Positions 10,340-23,946 of a stretch of 64,000 nucleotides of DNA are shown here, piece by piece. The stretch is from assembly GCA_963789945.1 (NCBI GenBank), contig CAWBMN010000018.1, forward strand, positions 213,542 through 277,541, read 5' to 3'. The position numbers were made by a program, and so were the translations under genes. The notes under the pieces were generated by a model. It was given only the letters and a program-made list of their open reading frames with translations, did not search any database and was not told the DNA's origin. Positions within the stretch are counted from its first letter, which is position 1; every line of letters begins with the position of its first letter. This stretch comes from an uncultured beta proteobacterium (lineage in GTDB: Bacteria > Pseudomonadota > Gammaproteobacteria > Burkholderiales > JACQAP01).

Positions 10340-11761
10340 ATGAACATGATTTTCCCCGTCGTTCTCTCCGGCGGATCCGGTACGCGCCTGTGGCCGCTTT
10401 CACGAACGCTGCTGCCCAAGCAGTTCCTGCCTCTGGTGACGCGCAAGACGATGTTGCAGGAAACGCTGTTGCGCCTGGGCGGAATGGCCGGACTGCAGGC
10501 GCCACTGGTGGTGTGCAGCAACGACCATCGCTTCCTCGCCGCGGAGCAGTTGCGCGAAATCGGCGTGACCTCGATGGCGCAGATCCTCGAACCCGCAGGC
10601 CGCAATACCGCACCGGCTGTGGCGGTTGCCGCGCTTTGCGTCGCCGATTCGGACCCGCAGGGGATCATGCTGGTGTTGCCGGCCGACCACCTTATCCGCG
10701 ACGTCGCCGGGTTCCATGAGGCCGCCGGCAAAGCGGCGACGCTCGCCGGCGCAGGCCGCCTGGTCACCTTCGGCATCGTCGCGCGCGAACCGGAAACCGG
10801 TTATGGCTACATCGAGCGCGGAGAAGCCGTCCCCGGCACAAAAAACGCCTACCGGGTTGCGCGGTTCGTGGAAAAACCGGATGAAGCGCATGCGCGCGAG
10901 TTCATTGCCTCGGGGCGCTTCTACTGGAACAGCGGCATGTTCGTTTTCGCCGCCTCGCGCTACCTCGAGGAGCTGGGCAAGTATCGCCCTGACATCCTCA
11001 AGGCCGCAAAGGAGGCGTGGAGCAGCAGCACCCGCGATCTCGACTTCGTCCGCCTGGGCGAGACCGCTTTTCTTGCCTCGCCTGCGGAATCGATCGACTA
11101 CGCTGTGATGGAGAACACCCGCGACGCCGCTGTGGTCGAGGCCGACATCGGCTGGAACGACATCGGCTCGTGGACCGCGCTGTGGCAGGCGGGATTGCCG
11201 GACGCGGCGGGCAACGTCACGCTCGGCGATGTACACGCCGACAATGTGCGCAACTGCTATGTCAGGGCGGAAGACCGGCTGGTTGCGGCGGTCGGGGTCG
11301 AGGACCTGATCATCGTCGAAACCGCGGACGCGGTGCTGGTCACCCACAAGGATTGCTCCCAGGACGTGAAGAAAGTCGTCGAATCGCTCAAATCAAAGCA
11401 GCGCGACGAATATCTGGTGCACAAGCGAGTCTACCGGCCGTGGGGCTATTACGAAGGCCTGGATACCGGCGAGCGCTTCCAGGTCAAGCGCATCATGGTC
11501 AAACCCGGATCGAAGCTCTCCCTGCAGATGCATCATCACCGCGCGGAGCACTGGGTGGTGGTATCCGGGACCGCGAGAATCGTGCGCGGTGAACAAACGC
11601 TGCTGCTTTCCGAGAACGAATCAACTTACATCCCGCTCGGCACAAAACACCGGCTGGAAAACGTGGGCAAGGTGCCGCTGCACCTGATCGAAGTGCAGTC
11701 GGGCAGCTACCTCGGGGAAGACGATATCGTGCGCTTCGAGGACGACTACAAACGATCGTGA
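10340..11761 (+). CDS. manC: mannose-1-phosphate guanylyltransferase / mannose-6-phosphate isomerase
   Basis: VVLSGGSGTRLWPLSR at the N-terminus and a C-terminal cupin region (HHHRAEHWVVVSGTA, ENESTYIPLGTKHRLEN). Confidence 0.9.
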   Translation: MNMIFPVVLSGGSGTRLWPLSRTLLPKQFLPLVTRKTMLQETLLRLGGMAGLQAPLVVCSNDHRFLAAEQLREIGVTSMAQILEPAGRNTAPAVAVAALCVADSDPQGIMLVLPADHLIRDVAGFHEAAGKAATLAGAGRLVTFGIVAREPETGYGYIERGEAVPGTKNAYRVARFVEKPDEAHAREFIASGRFYWNSGMFVFAASRYLEELGKYRPDILKAAKEAWSSSTRDLDFVRLGETAFLASPAESIDYAVMENTRDAAVVEADIGWNDIGSWTALWQAGLPDAAGNVTLGDVHADNVRNCYVRAEDRLVAAVGVEDLIIVETADAVLVTHKDCSQDVKKVVESLKSKQRDEYLVHKRVYRPWGYYEGLDTGERFQVKRIMVKPGSKLSLQMHHHRAEHWVVVSGTARIVRGEQTLLLSENESTYIPLGTKHRLENVGKVPLHLIEVQSGSYLGEDDIVRFEDDYKRS

Positions 11762-11793
11762 CGGCATGAACGACCGTTCCAACCCGTGAACCG

Positions 11794-12795
11794 ATGAGCA
11801 GCGGCCAGCGCCCGCGGAGTATCCTGCTGGTCAAGATGTCCTCGCTGGGCGACGTCGTCCACAACCTCCCGGTTGCCACCGACATTCGCCGCCATCTCCC
11901 CGATGCGACTATCGACTGGGTGGTCGAGGAAGCATTCGCCGCGATCCCGCTCCTGCATCCCGGGGTGCGGCGAGTCATCCCGGTGGCGATTCGCCGCTGG
12001 CGCAAGCGCCCTTTCGCTGAGGACACCCGCAGGGCGTTCGGCGATTTCCGGCAGGCGCTGCGCCAGGACCGCTACGATGCCGTCATCGACACTCAGGGGT
12101 TGCTCAAGAGCGCGATCCTGGCCTGCATGGCGCGCGGCCGCCGTCATGGGCTTGACTGGAAAAGTTCGCGCGAGCCCCTACGGCTGTTTTACGACCGCAC
12201 GTACTCGATTCCCTGGTCCCTGCACGCGGTTGACCGCAACCGGCTGCTCGCCGCTCAGGCGCTGGGCTACCCGCGTTCCGAAAGCTTGCAGTACGGGATC
12301 GCCTCGCGGACCGGGGATGTCGCAACGCTATCAGCGCAACTCCCGGCGGGATCCCTGGATCGACCGTTCGCGGTGCTGCTGCATTCCACCAGCGCACAGA
12401 GCAAGGAGTGGCCGGAACAACGCTGGTCGAAGCTTGGCGCGCAGCTTGCGGACAAGGGCATCGCATCGATATTGCCGTTCGGCAGCGAAGCCGAACGCCT
12501 GCGCAGCACCCGACTCGCGGCACACATTCCGGGGGCAGTGGTTCCGCCCAGGCTGGGCCTGGAATCGCTGGCCGCGTTGCTGTCCCGGACGCATGTGGCG
12601 GTCGGTGTCGACACCGGACTCACTCATCTCGCCGTTGCACTGGGCAGGCCGTCGATCGGCCTTTACTGCGCCACTGATCCGGCTGCAACCGGCCTTTACG
12701 GCTCGCCTGTCGCCGTCAGCCTTGGCGGCGTCGGCCATGCACCTTCAGTGGAGGAAGTATTCGCCGAAGTGGAACGCCTGCGGAGCGTTGCTTGA
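11794..12795 (+). CDS. waaC: LPS heptosyltransferase I
   Basis: ILLVKMSSLGDVVHNLPVATDIR and VGVDTGLTHLAVALGRP, typical of the GT9 family. It is adjacent to waaA. Confidence 0.8.
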   Translation: MSSGQRPRSILLVKMSSLGDVVHNLPVATDIRRHLPDATIDWVVEEAFAAIPLLHPGVRRVIPVAIRRWRKRPFAEDTRRAFGDFRQALRQDRYDAVIDTQGLLKSAILACMARGRRHGLDWKSSREPLRLFYDRTYSIPWSLHAVDRNRLLAAQALGYPRSESLQYGIASRTGDVATLSAQLPAGSLDRPFAVLLHSTSAQSKEWPEQRWSKLGAQLADKGIASILPFGSEAERLRSTRLAAHIPGAVVPPRLGLESLAALLSRTHVAVGVDTGLTHLAVALGRPSIGLYCATDPAATGLYGSPVAVSLGGVGHAPSVEEVFAEVERLRSVA

Positions 12796-14039
12796 ACCGG
12801 CTGCTCTATTCCGCAGCGCTCTACCTATTGTTGCCTTGGGCGCTATTGCACTTGTGGCTGCGTTCACGGCGGCAGCCGGCTTATCTGGAACACATTGCCG
12901 AGCGTTTCGGTTTCTCCGATGAACAGCCGGGGAATCCGCTGATCTGGGTACATGCGGTCTCAGTCGGCGAGACTCAGGCCGCTGAACCGCTGGTCAAGGC
13001 GCTGCGTCGGCGCCACCCTGCGCACCGCATCCTGCTTACGCATACGACGCCCACCGGCCGCCAGACCGGCATCGAGTTGTTCGGCGACGGCGTCAGCCGT
13101 TGTTACCTCCCCTACGATTTTCCGTTCGCAGTGAAGCGCTTCCTGCGCCGTTTCCGCCCACAAGTCGGCATCGTGATGGAAACCGAAATCTGGCCGAACC
13201 TGATCGAACACTGCCATCGCCACAATATCCCTGTCTATCTGGTCAACGCCAGGATGTCGGGCAGATCCGCGCGCGGCTACGCACGTTTTCGCGGGCTGGC
13301 CGCAAGTTCGTTGCGCAAGCTCGCCGGGATCGGCGCGCAGACCGAACGCGATGCCACCCGGTTCAGCGAACTCGGTGCCGAAGCGGTCACGGTCACCGGC
13401 AACATCAAGTTCGATCGTACGGCGCCGCCGGAAATGCTGACTCTGGGAACGCAGCTTCGGGAGTTGTTCGGCATCCGCAAAGTGTTTCTCGCTGCCAGCA
13501 CACGCGAAGGTGAAGAGGCGTTGATCCTTGACGCGCTCGCCTCTCTGGAGATGGCCGAACTGCTCGTCGTCTTCGTGCCGCGACATCCGCAGCGCTTCGA
13601 TGAAGTTGGCGCCCTGCTCAGGCAACGCGGCCACGCCTTCGTGCGCCGCAGCGAAGGCCGGCCCGTCGCAACGGATATTCGTTTCGTGCTCGGCGACTCG
13701 ATGGGGGAGATGTTTGCCTATTACAGCGCGAGCGACGTCGCTTTTGTCGGTGGCAGCCTTCTGCCGCTCGGCGGCCAGAACCTGCTCGAGGCCTGCGCGG
13801 TCGGCCGCCCCGTCATCGTCGGACCGCACACGTTCAATTTCGAAGAGGCCACCGAAAACGCGATCGAGGCCGGCGCGGCGCTGCGGGTTGAGGATGCGCG
13901 AGCGTTGGCCGGGGCCGTCGCTTCACTGTTTCGCGACCCCGCACGTCGCGAAGCGATGGCGGAGGCGGGAAGGCGCTTCACTCAAAGGCATCGCGGCGCG
14001 ACTGAACGGACGATGGCGATGTTGAAGTGGAAAGAGTAG
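12792..14039 (+). CDS. waaA: 3-deoxy-D-manno-octulosonic acid (Kdo) transferase
   Basis: WVHAVSVGE, METEIWPNLI, and GGSL.PLGGQNLLEA. The start overlaps the waaC stop. Confidence 0.9.
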   Translation: MNRLLYSAALYLLLPWALLHLWLRSRRQPAYLEHIAERFGFSDEQPGNPLIWVHAVSVGETQAAEPLVKALRRRHPAHRILLTHTTPTGRQTGIELFGDGVSRCYLPYDFPFAVKRFLRRFRPQVGIVMETEIWPNLIEHCHRHNIPVYLVNARMSGRSARGYARFRGLAASSLRKLAGIGAQTERDATRFSELGAEAVTVTGNIKFDRTAPPEMLTLGTQLRELFGIRKVFLAASTREGEEALILDALASLEMAELLVVFVPRHPQRFDEVGALLRQRGHAFVRRSEGRPVATDIRFVLGDSMGEMFAYYSASDVAFVGGSLLPLGGQNLLEACAVGRPVIVGPHTFNFEEATENAIEAGAALRVEDARALAGAVASLFRDPARREAMAEAGRRFTQRHRGATERTMAMLKWKE

Positions 14040-14042
14040 ACG

Positions 14043-14220
14043 GTGCGAGGTGCGAGGTGCGAGGTGCGAGGTGCGAGGTGCGAGGTGCGAGGTGCGAGGT
14101 GCGAGGTGCGAGGTGGCGAGGTGCGAGGTGCGAGGTGCGAGGTGCGAGGTGCGAGGTGCGAGGTGCGAGGTGCGAGGTGCGAGGTGCGAGGTGCGAGGTG
14201 CGAGGTGCGAGGTGCGAGGT
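14043..14220. repeat. tandem heptamer array (GTGCGAG) x25, left arm of cassette A
   Basis: Counted by hand: 10 perfect units (14043-14112), one 8-nt variant GTGGCGAG (14113-20), and 14 perfect units (14121-14218). The array starts 3 nt after the waaA stop. Confidence 0.95.
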
Positions 14221-14250
14221 AAAAGTGTAGTCCACCGGCTATCGGCCGGT

Positions 14251-14408
14251 CGCCTTTCTCTGAACATCGGGCACTGCGCACTCAGCACTGCTTTTTTTGA
14301 GCAGGCGGCGCACCGAGCACTGTGCACCGCCTTTCTCTGAACATCGGGCACTGCGCACTCAGTCTGCTGAGCACCGCGCACCGAGCACGGAGCACCGCCC
14401 TTTCTCCG
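14251..14408. repeat. degenerate right arm of cassette A with internal direct repeats
   Basis: An exact 35-nt direct repeat, cgcctttctctgaacatcgggcactgcgcactcag, occurs at 14251-14285 and 14328-14362, with a partial third copy at about 14396. It is interspersed with GCACYSM/GAGCACC heptamers, which are degenerate reverse complements of GTGCGAG. Confidence 0.8.
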
Positions 14409-14410
14409 CG

Positions 14411-15022
14411 TCAACGCTTTCCTGGCCGGCCATTGGCCGGCTGCACGACCAGGTGAACGCGTTGATCGCTGGGCCCTGTGGGAATTGATTCGACAACCTG
14501 CAGATCGAACGCCGCGGCAATCCGCGGAGTCTTTGCCTTCAGGCCCGCCAGCAAGCGATCGTAGAACCCGCCACCATACCCCAGGCGTTCGCCCGCAGCG
14601 GTGAACGCGACCCCGGGCACCAGCAGGAAATCGACCGCAGAAGGCGGCACGATGGGGCAGCGCTCCGCCGGCTCGCGGATTCCCCAGACGCCGGCGACAA
14701 GGTCACTGTCCAGGTTGCCGACTTCGCGCAATTCGAGCATGCGCGCCGCGCGGTTGATTCGCGGCAGCAACAGCTGCTTGCCGGAAGCCGCGACATCGGA
14801 ACAGAAAGCAGCGCTGTCGAACTCACTGCCGAACGATGCGTAGGCGCAAACCACTCCGGCTGCGAGATACTGCGGCAGCGCGAGCAGTTTGGCAGTGATG
14901 ATGCGCGAATCGCGGTTCCGCGTTTCCGCGTCCAGCGCATCGCGCCGCGCGATCACGCTTGCGCGCAATGCTTTCTTGGCGGACCGCAGCGCTTCTTCAG
15001 ACCCGGAATCGGCGTTGCGCAT
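14411..15022 (-). CDS. 5-formyltetrahydrofolate cyclo-ligase
   Basis: LVPGVAFTAAGERLGYGGGFYDR is the signature C-terminal motif of the MTHFS family. Confidence 0.8.
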   Translation of the reverse strand: MRNADSGSEEALRSAKKALRASVIARRDALDAETRNRDSRIITAKLLALPQYLAAGVVCAYASFGSEFDSAAFCSDVAASGKQLLLPRINRAARMLELREVGNLDSDLVAGVWGIREPAERCPIVPPSAVDFLLVPGVAFTAAGERLGYGGGFYDRLLAGLKAKTPRIAAAFDLQVVESIPTGPSDQRVHLVVQPANGRPGKR

Positions 15023-15037
15023 GCGCCGGCTCGCCGC

Positions 15038-16378
15038 TCACCTGGTATCGTCCTTGAGCAGCGCGTTGATGTCGGCCAAGTCCGCCTCGGCGAGCTTGCC
15101 CACCGCGGCCTTGAGCCGCAACTGGTTCAGGATGGTGTTGTAGAGCGCCTGCGCCAGGTCGCGCCGCGCGATGCTCAGTTGCTGCTCGGCGTTGAGCACG
15201 TCCACGGCGGTGCGCACCCCCACTTCCTGGCCCAGCTTGGTCGATTCCAGTTGCAGCTGGGTGGAGGCCACCGCTTGCTGCAGGGCCTTGACCTGGCCCA
15301 GCCCCGTGGTCACCCCCAGGTAGGCCTGGCGGGTTTGCAGGGCCGCACTTCGGCGGGCGTTTTCCAGGTCCTGGCGGGCGCGCTCCTGGTTCGCCACCGC
15401 TTCCCTGACCCGGGAGCTCACCGCGCCGCCCTCGTAGAGCGGCACATTCAACTGCACCCCGATCACCAGGGCGCGCACGTCGCTCCCAATGCCCTGCGTC
15501 GAGGAGCTGGCGTAGTTCTGGGTGAGCGAGCCCACCGCATCAAGGGTGGGCCGGTGCCCGGCACGGGCCCGCTCGACGTCGCGGGCGGCCAGTTCCAGAC
15601 TTTGCTGGGCCAGCGCGATCTGCAGGCTGGACTGGTAGGCCTGCTCCACCCAGGCGTTCATCTCGGCGGGCTGCGGGGCGTTGAGCGTGACCGGGGTGAT
15701 CAGGCCCGAGATCTCGCCCACGGGCCGGCCCACGATCTGTTCCAGGGCCCGGTTGCTGACTTCCACGTCGTTTTGCGCCCCCAGTTCCTGGGCCACCACC
15801 AAGTCGTAGCGGGCCTGGGCTTCGCGCGAGTCGGTGATGGTGGCCGTGCCCACCACGAAGTTGCGCTTGGCCTGCTCCAGTTGTTCGCCTACCGCGACCT
15901 TCTGCGATGCGATGGTGCGCAGGTTCGCCCGCGCCAGCAGCACGTCGAAGTAGGCCTGCGCCACCCGGGTGATCAGGTCCTGGGCGGCGGCATTGAGCTG
16001 GGTCTGGGCCTGGCGCACCTGGATCTTGGACTGCTCGTAGATCGCCATGTTCTGGCTGCGGTAGATCGGCTGGCTCACGGTCACGCCGTAGTTGTAGTCG
16101 TAGAAGTCGCGCCGTCCCGAAACAAAAGCGCTGTTCTCGAAAGCGGTGTCGACATCGTTGTAGTTGGTCCCGGCGCCAAAGTTGACGTTGGGCAGCAGCA
16201 GTGCCCGGCCCTGGGGTAGCCGCTCCTGGGCGCCAATGTACTGGGCCTTGGCCGAGGCGTAGGCCGCGTCCTGCAGCGTCGCCTCGCGGTACACCGCAAT
16301 CAGGTCGGCGGCGAACGCGCTCTGACCCGCTGCGACAACCAGCAACAGTGTCAACAACGTGCTTGTGGGTTTCTTCAT
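15038..16378 (-). CDS. tolC: outer membrane channel protein TolC
   Basis: Signal peptide followed by DLIAVYREA..QDAAY, and two repeated OEP halves. 446 aa. Confidence 0.9.
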   Translation of the reverse strand: MKKPTSTLLTLLLVVAAGQSAFAADLIAVYREATLQDAAYASAKAQYIGAQERLPQGRALLLPNVNFGAGTNYNDVDTAFENSAFVSGRRDFYDYNYGVTVSQPIYRSQNMAIYEQSKIQVRQAQTQLNAAAQDLITRVAQAYFDVLLARANLRTIASQKVAVGEQLEQAKRNFVVGTATITDSREAQARYDLVVAQELGAQNDVEVSNRALEQIVGRPVGEISGLITPVTLNAPQPAEMNAWVEQAYQSSLQIALAQQSLELAARDVERARAGHRPTLDAVGSLTQNYASSSTQGIGSDVRALVIGVQLNVPLYEGGAVSSRVREAVANQERARQDLENARRSAALQTRQAYLGVTTGLGQVKALQQAVASTQLQLESTKLGQEVGVRTAVDVLNAEQQLSIARRDLAQALYNTILNQLRLKAAVGKLAEADLADINALLKDDTR

Positions 16379-16485
16379 GTTCCGGATTTCCTGTTTTTCT
16401 GGTTTGTCGGTTTCCGCATTGGTGCAGCACCGGTCCAGGGAAGCGCTGACCGGTGGTCCGTGCGTTTTTCGATCGTTGACCGGAT

Positions 16486-20114
<3,629 letters not shown>

Positions 20115-20193
20115 CGGGACATGTTTGTATTCGGAAGAGGGGACCTAACACGCGCCAGGAAAATATCACTGCATCTTTTGCCAGTGACCAAAG

Positions 20194-20370
20194 GATTCGA
20201 CGCAAAGACGCCAAGACGCAAAGAAAAGCAAAAGTGGCATGTGAAACCAGCCGCCCGTTCAACGGGCCGACGGCATGTGGTCCAAGAAATCGAATGGCGA
20301 CCGATTTGACCTTGCGCAATCCCTCACTGCAATCTTGGGTTTCTTTGCGCCTTTGCGTCTTTGCGTCAAG
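20194..20370. repeat. hairpin cassette B (GACGCAAA-type arms)
   Basis: The left arm, gattcgacgcaaagacgccaagacgcaaagaaaagcaaaag (20194-20234), is inverted relative to the right arm, tttctttgcgcctttgcgtctttgcgtcaag (20340-20370). The core is about 105 nt. Confidence 0.85.
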
Positions 20371-20425
20371 GTTTTTCCGTTTCCAGTAACTCTGGCGCGC
20401 AAGTTCGCCGTGCTAACATCCGCGC

Positions 20426-21250
20426 ATGGACGCGCTAACACCGCTGGCCGCGCTCATCCTCGGTATCGTCGAGGGGCTCACTGAATTCCTTCCGATCTCG
20501 AGCACCGGCCATCTGATCCTTGCCGGAGACTTGCTCGGGGTCAATGGTGAAAAGAGCAGGATTTTCCAGATCGTGATCCAGTGCGGCGCCATTTTCGCCG
20601 TGGTCTGGGAATACCGTGTCAAACTCTGGTCGGTCGCCGTGCAGTTGCCTCACGATCGCGGGGCGCAGCGGTTCGCTGCCAACCTGGTGATCGCCTTCAT
20701 CCCGCTTGCCGTGCTCGGATTGCTGTTCGGAAGCGCGATCAAGGCGAGCTTGTTCAAGCCGGTACCGGTCGCCATCGCATTCATCGCCGGCGGCCTGATC
20801 ATCCTCTGGGCCGAACGACGCACACATACCATCAGGATTCACAGCGTCGAGGACATGCGCTGGACCGACGCGCTCAAGGTTGGCGTCGCACAGGCCTTTG
20901 CGCTGATACCGGGGACGTCCCGCGCCGGTTCGACCATCATCGGCGGACTGTTTTTCGGACTGTCACGCAAGGCGGCGACGGAGTTTTCCTTCTTTCTCGC
21001 CATTCCCGTCCTGTTCGCGGCGTCGGCTTACGAACTGGTCAGGAATCGGCAACTCTTCTTCGTAGAGGATCTCGGGATCTTCGGCATTGGCTTGGCGGCC
21101 GCATTCGGTTCGGCATTCCTGTGCGTGCGCTGGCTGTTGCGCTACATCAGCCGCCACGATTTCACGGTGTTCGCCTGGTATCGGATCTGCTTCGGAATAC
21201 TGGTGCTCGTAACCGCGTATACCGGTGCGGTGAACTGGACGGTCAGTTGA
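20426..21250 (+). CDS. uppP: undecaprenyl-diphosphate phosphatase
   Basis: [18 protein letters not shown] and [10 protein letters not shown], the BacA motifs. Confidence 0.9.
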   Translation: MDALTPLAALILGIVEGLTEFLPISSTGHLILAGDLLGVNGEKSRIFQIVIQCGAIFAVVWEYRVKLWSVAVQLPHDRGAQRFAANLVIAFIPLAVLGLLFGSAIKASLFKPVPVAIAFIAGGLIILWAERRTHTIRIHSVEDMRWTDALKVGVAQAFALIPGTSRAGSTIIGGLFFGLSRKAATEFSFFLAIPVLFAASAYELVRNRQLFFVEDLGIFGIGLAAAFGSAFLCVRWLLRYISRHDFTVFAWYRICFGILVLVTAYTGAVNWTVS

Positions 21251-21773
21251 AGGGCAAGGATGAAGGATGAGGGATGAAGGATGAAGGGAAAAGCAGGGGC
21301 ACCATGCCGAGGGGTTCCGCCGAACTATTGGTTCGAACAAAGCGATTTGCCCTGAGCGTTATCAATCTTTACTCGGCGTTACCGGGCAACACGGTCTGTC
21401 AGGTGCTTGGCAAGCAGCTGTTGAGGTCCGCTACATCCGTCGGCGCGCATTACCGGGAAGCGCAGCGCGCAAAGTCAAGGCCGGACTTTATAAGCAAGGT
21501 CGAAGGAAGTCTTCAGGAACTTGACGAAACGCTCTATTGGCTGGAACTGCTGGAAGAATCCGAAACGGCCGATCGCGCATCAGTCACCCCGTTGAAGTCT
21601 GAGGCCGGGGAACTACTTGCGATATTCGTAACCATCGCGAAGTCTGCGAAAAGAACGTTTACGAAGGAGAAGTAGAGATGTGCCGGTTCGCCTTTTTCGT
21701 TTCATCCTTCATCCTTCATCCTTCATCCCTTCATCCTTGCCCCTCATCCTTCATGCTTCCGCCTTCATCCTTG
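21251..21773. mobile_element. hairpin cassette C (AAGGATG-type arms) carrying a four-helix-bundle ORF
   Basis: The left arm has aaggatg x4.7 (21256-21288). The right arm has ttcatcc repeats plus ccttcatccttgcccctcatccttcatgcttccgccttcatccttg (21701-21773). It lies between the uppP stop and the rhodanese stop. Confidence 0.85.
21274..21675 (+). CDS. four-helix-bundle protein (23S rRNA intervening-sequence protein / Avd-like family)
   Basis: QLLRSATSVGAHYREAQRAKSRPDFISKVEGSLQELDETLYWLELL matches the family signature I recall. The first codons, MKDEGK, are encoded by the repeat arm. An alternative start is ATG 21304. Confidence 0.85.
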   Translation: MKDEGKSRGTMPRGSAELLVRTKRFALSVINLYSALPGNTVCQVLGKQLLRSATSVGAHYREAQRAKSRPDFISKVEGSLQELDETLYWLELLEESETADRASVTPLKSEAGELLAIFVTIAKSAKRTFTKEK

Positions 21774-21777
21774 TTTC

Positions 21778-22230
21778 TCAGCTTTGCACCCAGGGCAACC
21801 CCGCCACGCGCCAGCCGCCAACGGCGTTGCGGTGCCCGCTTGCGTCCCTGTCGCCCTCGAATCCTTCCAGTACGTTGTAGCTCTGCGAATAACCCGCCAG
21901 GGCAGCGGCGGCGGCGGCGGCGTGCGATCTTGCGCCGCTGCGACACAGGAACATTACAAGCACCTCCTTATCAGTCTGTGCCTGGAGCTCGTTGAAGAAA
22001 TTTGGGTTCGGCCTCGATCCAGGGTAGGTTTGCCACTGGATCTGGACGCTGCCCGGGATCCGGCCGACATAATCCCACTCGGCCTGCGTGCGTACATCCA
22101 CCAGTTTTGCTCCCGGCACTTTCTGCATCAGTTCAAAGGCTTCGTGCGGAAGCAATGCACCACCATAGGGCAGGCCAAGCTTCTTGCCACGTTCAGCAGC
22201 CTTGTTCAGAATTTCTGAAATAGTGTCCAT
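21778..22230 (-). CDS. rhodanese-like sulfurtransferase domain protein
   Basis: LVDVRTQAEWDYVGRIPGS and the active-site loop CRSGARS. Confidence 0.8.
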   Translation of the reverse strand: MDTISEILNKAAERGKKLGLPYGGALLPHEAFELMQKVPGAKLVDVRTQAEWDYVGRIPGSVQIQWQTYPGSRPNPNFFNELQAQTDKEVLVMFLCRSGARSHAAAAAAALAGYSQSYNVLEGFEGDRDASGHRNAVGGWRVAGLPWVQS

Positions 22231-22465
22231 AATTGTTTCTCCAATAACTACTTAACCCTATCCCGCGGCCCTTGCGCAGGCCTTATCCAGAATCTATGCA
22301 CAAGGCTAGCAGAAAGGCTTGAATGCCCAAAAAGCTCTTGCAAAGCGCAGTGTTGTGCACTATTTTCGAGCGCAAATATCTTTCGCGCTCTTCATTGGTG
22401 CGGAAGTCTGCAAGGACATTCGGTTAACAAGTTGTGAATTAAGGATTTTTCGGGAAATTTTTGGT

Positions 22466-22481
22466 CGGCACGGTTCCTGCT
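22466..22481 (+). promoter_or_regulatory. candidate sigma-54 promoter of glnA
   Basis: cGGCACGgttcCTGCT versus the consensus TGGCACG-N4-TTGCW. The GG and GC elements are correctly spaced, about 55 nt upstream of the glnA ATG. Confidence 0.55.
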
Positions 22482-22536
22482 CAACGTGCTACTCGCTCGA
22501 TTTCCCGTGCTCTACATCCAAAACCAGGAGAAGAAA

Positions 22537-23946
22537 ATGGCGGCAGCCGATGTTTTCAAATTGCTCAAAGATAACGATGTGAAGTTCGTTGACCTGCGGT
22601 TTACCGATACCCGCGGCAAGGAACAGCACGTTACCGTCCCTGTCCGCGCTTTTGGCCCGGAGAAGTTCGAGGACGGCCATGCGTTTGACGGCTCCTCGAT
22701 AGCTGGCTGGAAGGGCATCCAGGCCTCCGACATGCTGCTCATGCCGGACCCCGACTCGGCACGGCTCGACCCGTTTTCCGACGAACCCACGCTGAACATT
22801 ACCTGCGACGTTATCGAGCCCGCAGACGGCAAGGGCTACGACCGCGATCCCCGCACCATCGCCAAGCGCGCCGAGGCGTATCTGAAGTCCACCGGAATTG
22901 GCGACACGGCTTATTTCGGTCCCGAACCCGAGTTCTTCATTTTCGACGGCGTGACCTGGAACATCGACATGTCCGGCTGCTTCGTCAAGATCTCGTCCGA
23001 GGAAGCACCCTGGTCCACGGGCAAGGAGTTCGAAGGTGGCAACATGGCTCACCGCCCGCCGGTCAAGGGGGGCTATTTCCCTGTGCCGCCTGTTGACTCG
23101 CTGCAGGATATCCGCAATGCCATGTGTCTGGCGCTGGAACAGCAGGGTGTGGAAGTGGAAGTGCATCACCACGAGGTGGCAGCCGCCGGCCAGAACGAGA
23201 TCGGCACCAAGTTCAACAGCCTGGTGAAGCGCGCGGACTGGATGCAGATCCTGAAATACACGGTCTGGAATGTCGCCCATTCCTACGGCAAGACTGCCAC
23301 TTTCATGCCGAAGCCGATCGTCGGGGACAACGGCTCCGGCATGCACGTGCACCAGTCGGTGTGGAAGGGCGGACAGAACCTGTTTGCAGGCAACGGCTAC
23401 GCCGGCTTGTCCGAACTGGCGCTTTACTACATCGGCGGCATCATCAAGCACGCCAAAGCGCTCAACGCCATCACCAACCCCGGCACCAACTCCTACAAGC
23501 GCCTGGTGCCCGGATTCGAAGCGCCCATCAACCTGGCCTATTCCGCAAAGAATCGCTCGGCGGCCTGCCGCATCCCCCACGTGGCCAGCCCGAAGGCGCG
23601 GCGCGTGGAGGTGCGCTTTCCCGACCCGACCGCGAACGCGTACCTCGCTTTCGCGGCCATGCTGATGGCGGGCCTGGATGGGATCCAGAACAAGATCCAT
23701 CCCGGCGATCCGATCGACAAGAACCTGTACGACCTGCCACCGGAGGAAGTCAAGAAGGTGCCGCATCCGTGCGCGTCGCTCGACGAGGCCCTGGAAAACC
23801 TCGACAAGGACCGGGCGTTTCTTACCAAGGGCGGCGTATTCTCCAACGACATGATCGACGCTTATATCGATCTCAAGATGGAGGAAGTCACGCGCTTCCG
23901 CATGACCACCCATCCGGTCGAATTCGACATGTACTACAGCGCGTAA
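22537..23946 (+). CDS. glnA: glutamine synthetase, type I
   Basis: [31 protein letters not shown], the adenylylation region NLYDLPPEE, and 469 aa. The ATG at 22537 lies downstream of GGAGAAG. Confidence 0.95.
   Translation: MAAADVFKLLKDNDVKFVDLRFTDTRGKEQHVTVPVRAFGPEKFEDGHAFDGSSIAGWKGIQASDMLLMPDPDSARLDPFSDEPTLNITCDVIEPADGKGYDRDPRTIAKRAEAYLKSTGIGDTAYFGPEPEFFIFDGVTWNIDMSGCFVKISSEEAPWSTGKEFEGGNMAHRPPVKGGYFPVPPVDSLQDIRNAMCLALEQQGVEVEVHHHEVAAAGQNEIGTKFNSLVKRADWMQILKYTVWNVAHSYGKTATFMPKPIVGDNGSGMHVHQSVWKGGQNLFAGNGYAGLSELALYYIGGIIKHAKALNAITNPGTNSYKRLVPGFEAPINLAYSAKNRSAACRIPHVASPKARRVEVRFPDPTANAYLAFAAMLMAGLDGIQNKIHPGDPIDKNLYDLPPEEVKKVPHPCASLDEALENLDKDRAFLTKGGVFSNDMIDAYIDLKMEEVTRFRMTTHPVEFDMYYSA

Noticed and set aside
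13923-14414. ORFs encoding APRTSHL or VRGARCE heptad-repeat 'proteins' (13923..14414, 13978..14235, 13982..14281, 14027..14230, 14050..14340).
   Set aside because: They are simply the six-frame translations of the stop-free GTGCGAG tandem array. All frames and both strands are open, and there are no start or RBS signals.
22340-22400. Possible NtrC enhancer sites upstream of glnA (tgcactattttcgagcgca, ggtgcgg).
   Set aside because: The half-site spacing does not fit the 17-bp TGCACC-N5-GGTGCA dyad, so I could not support a call. Only the sigma-54 promoter is reported.
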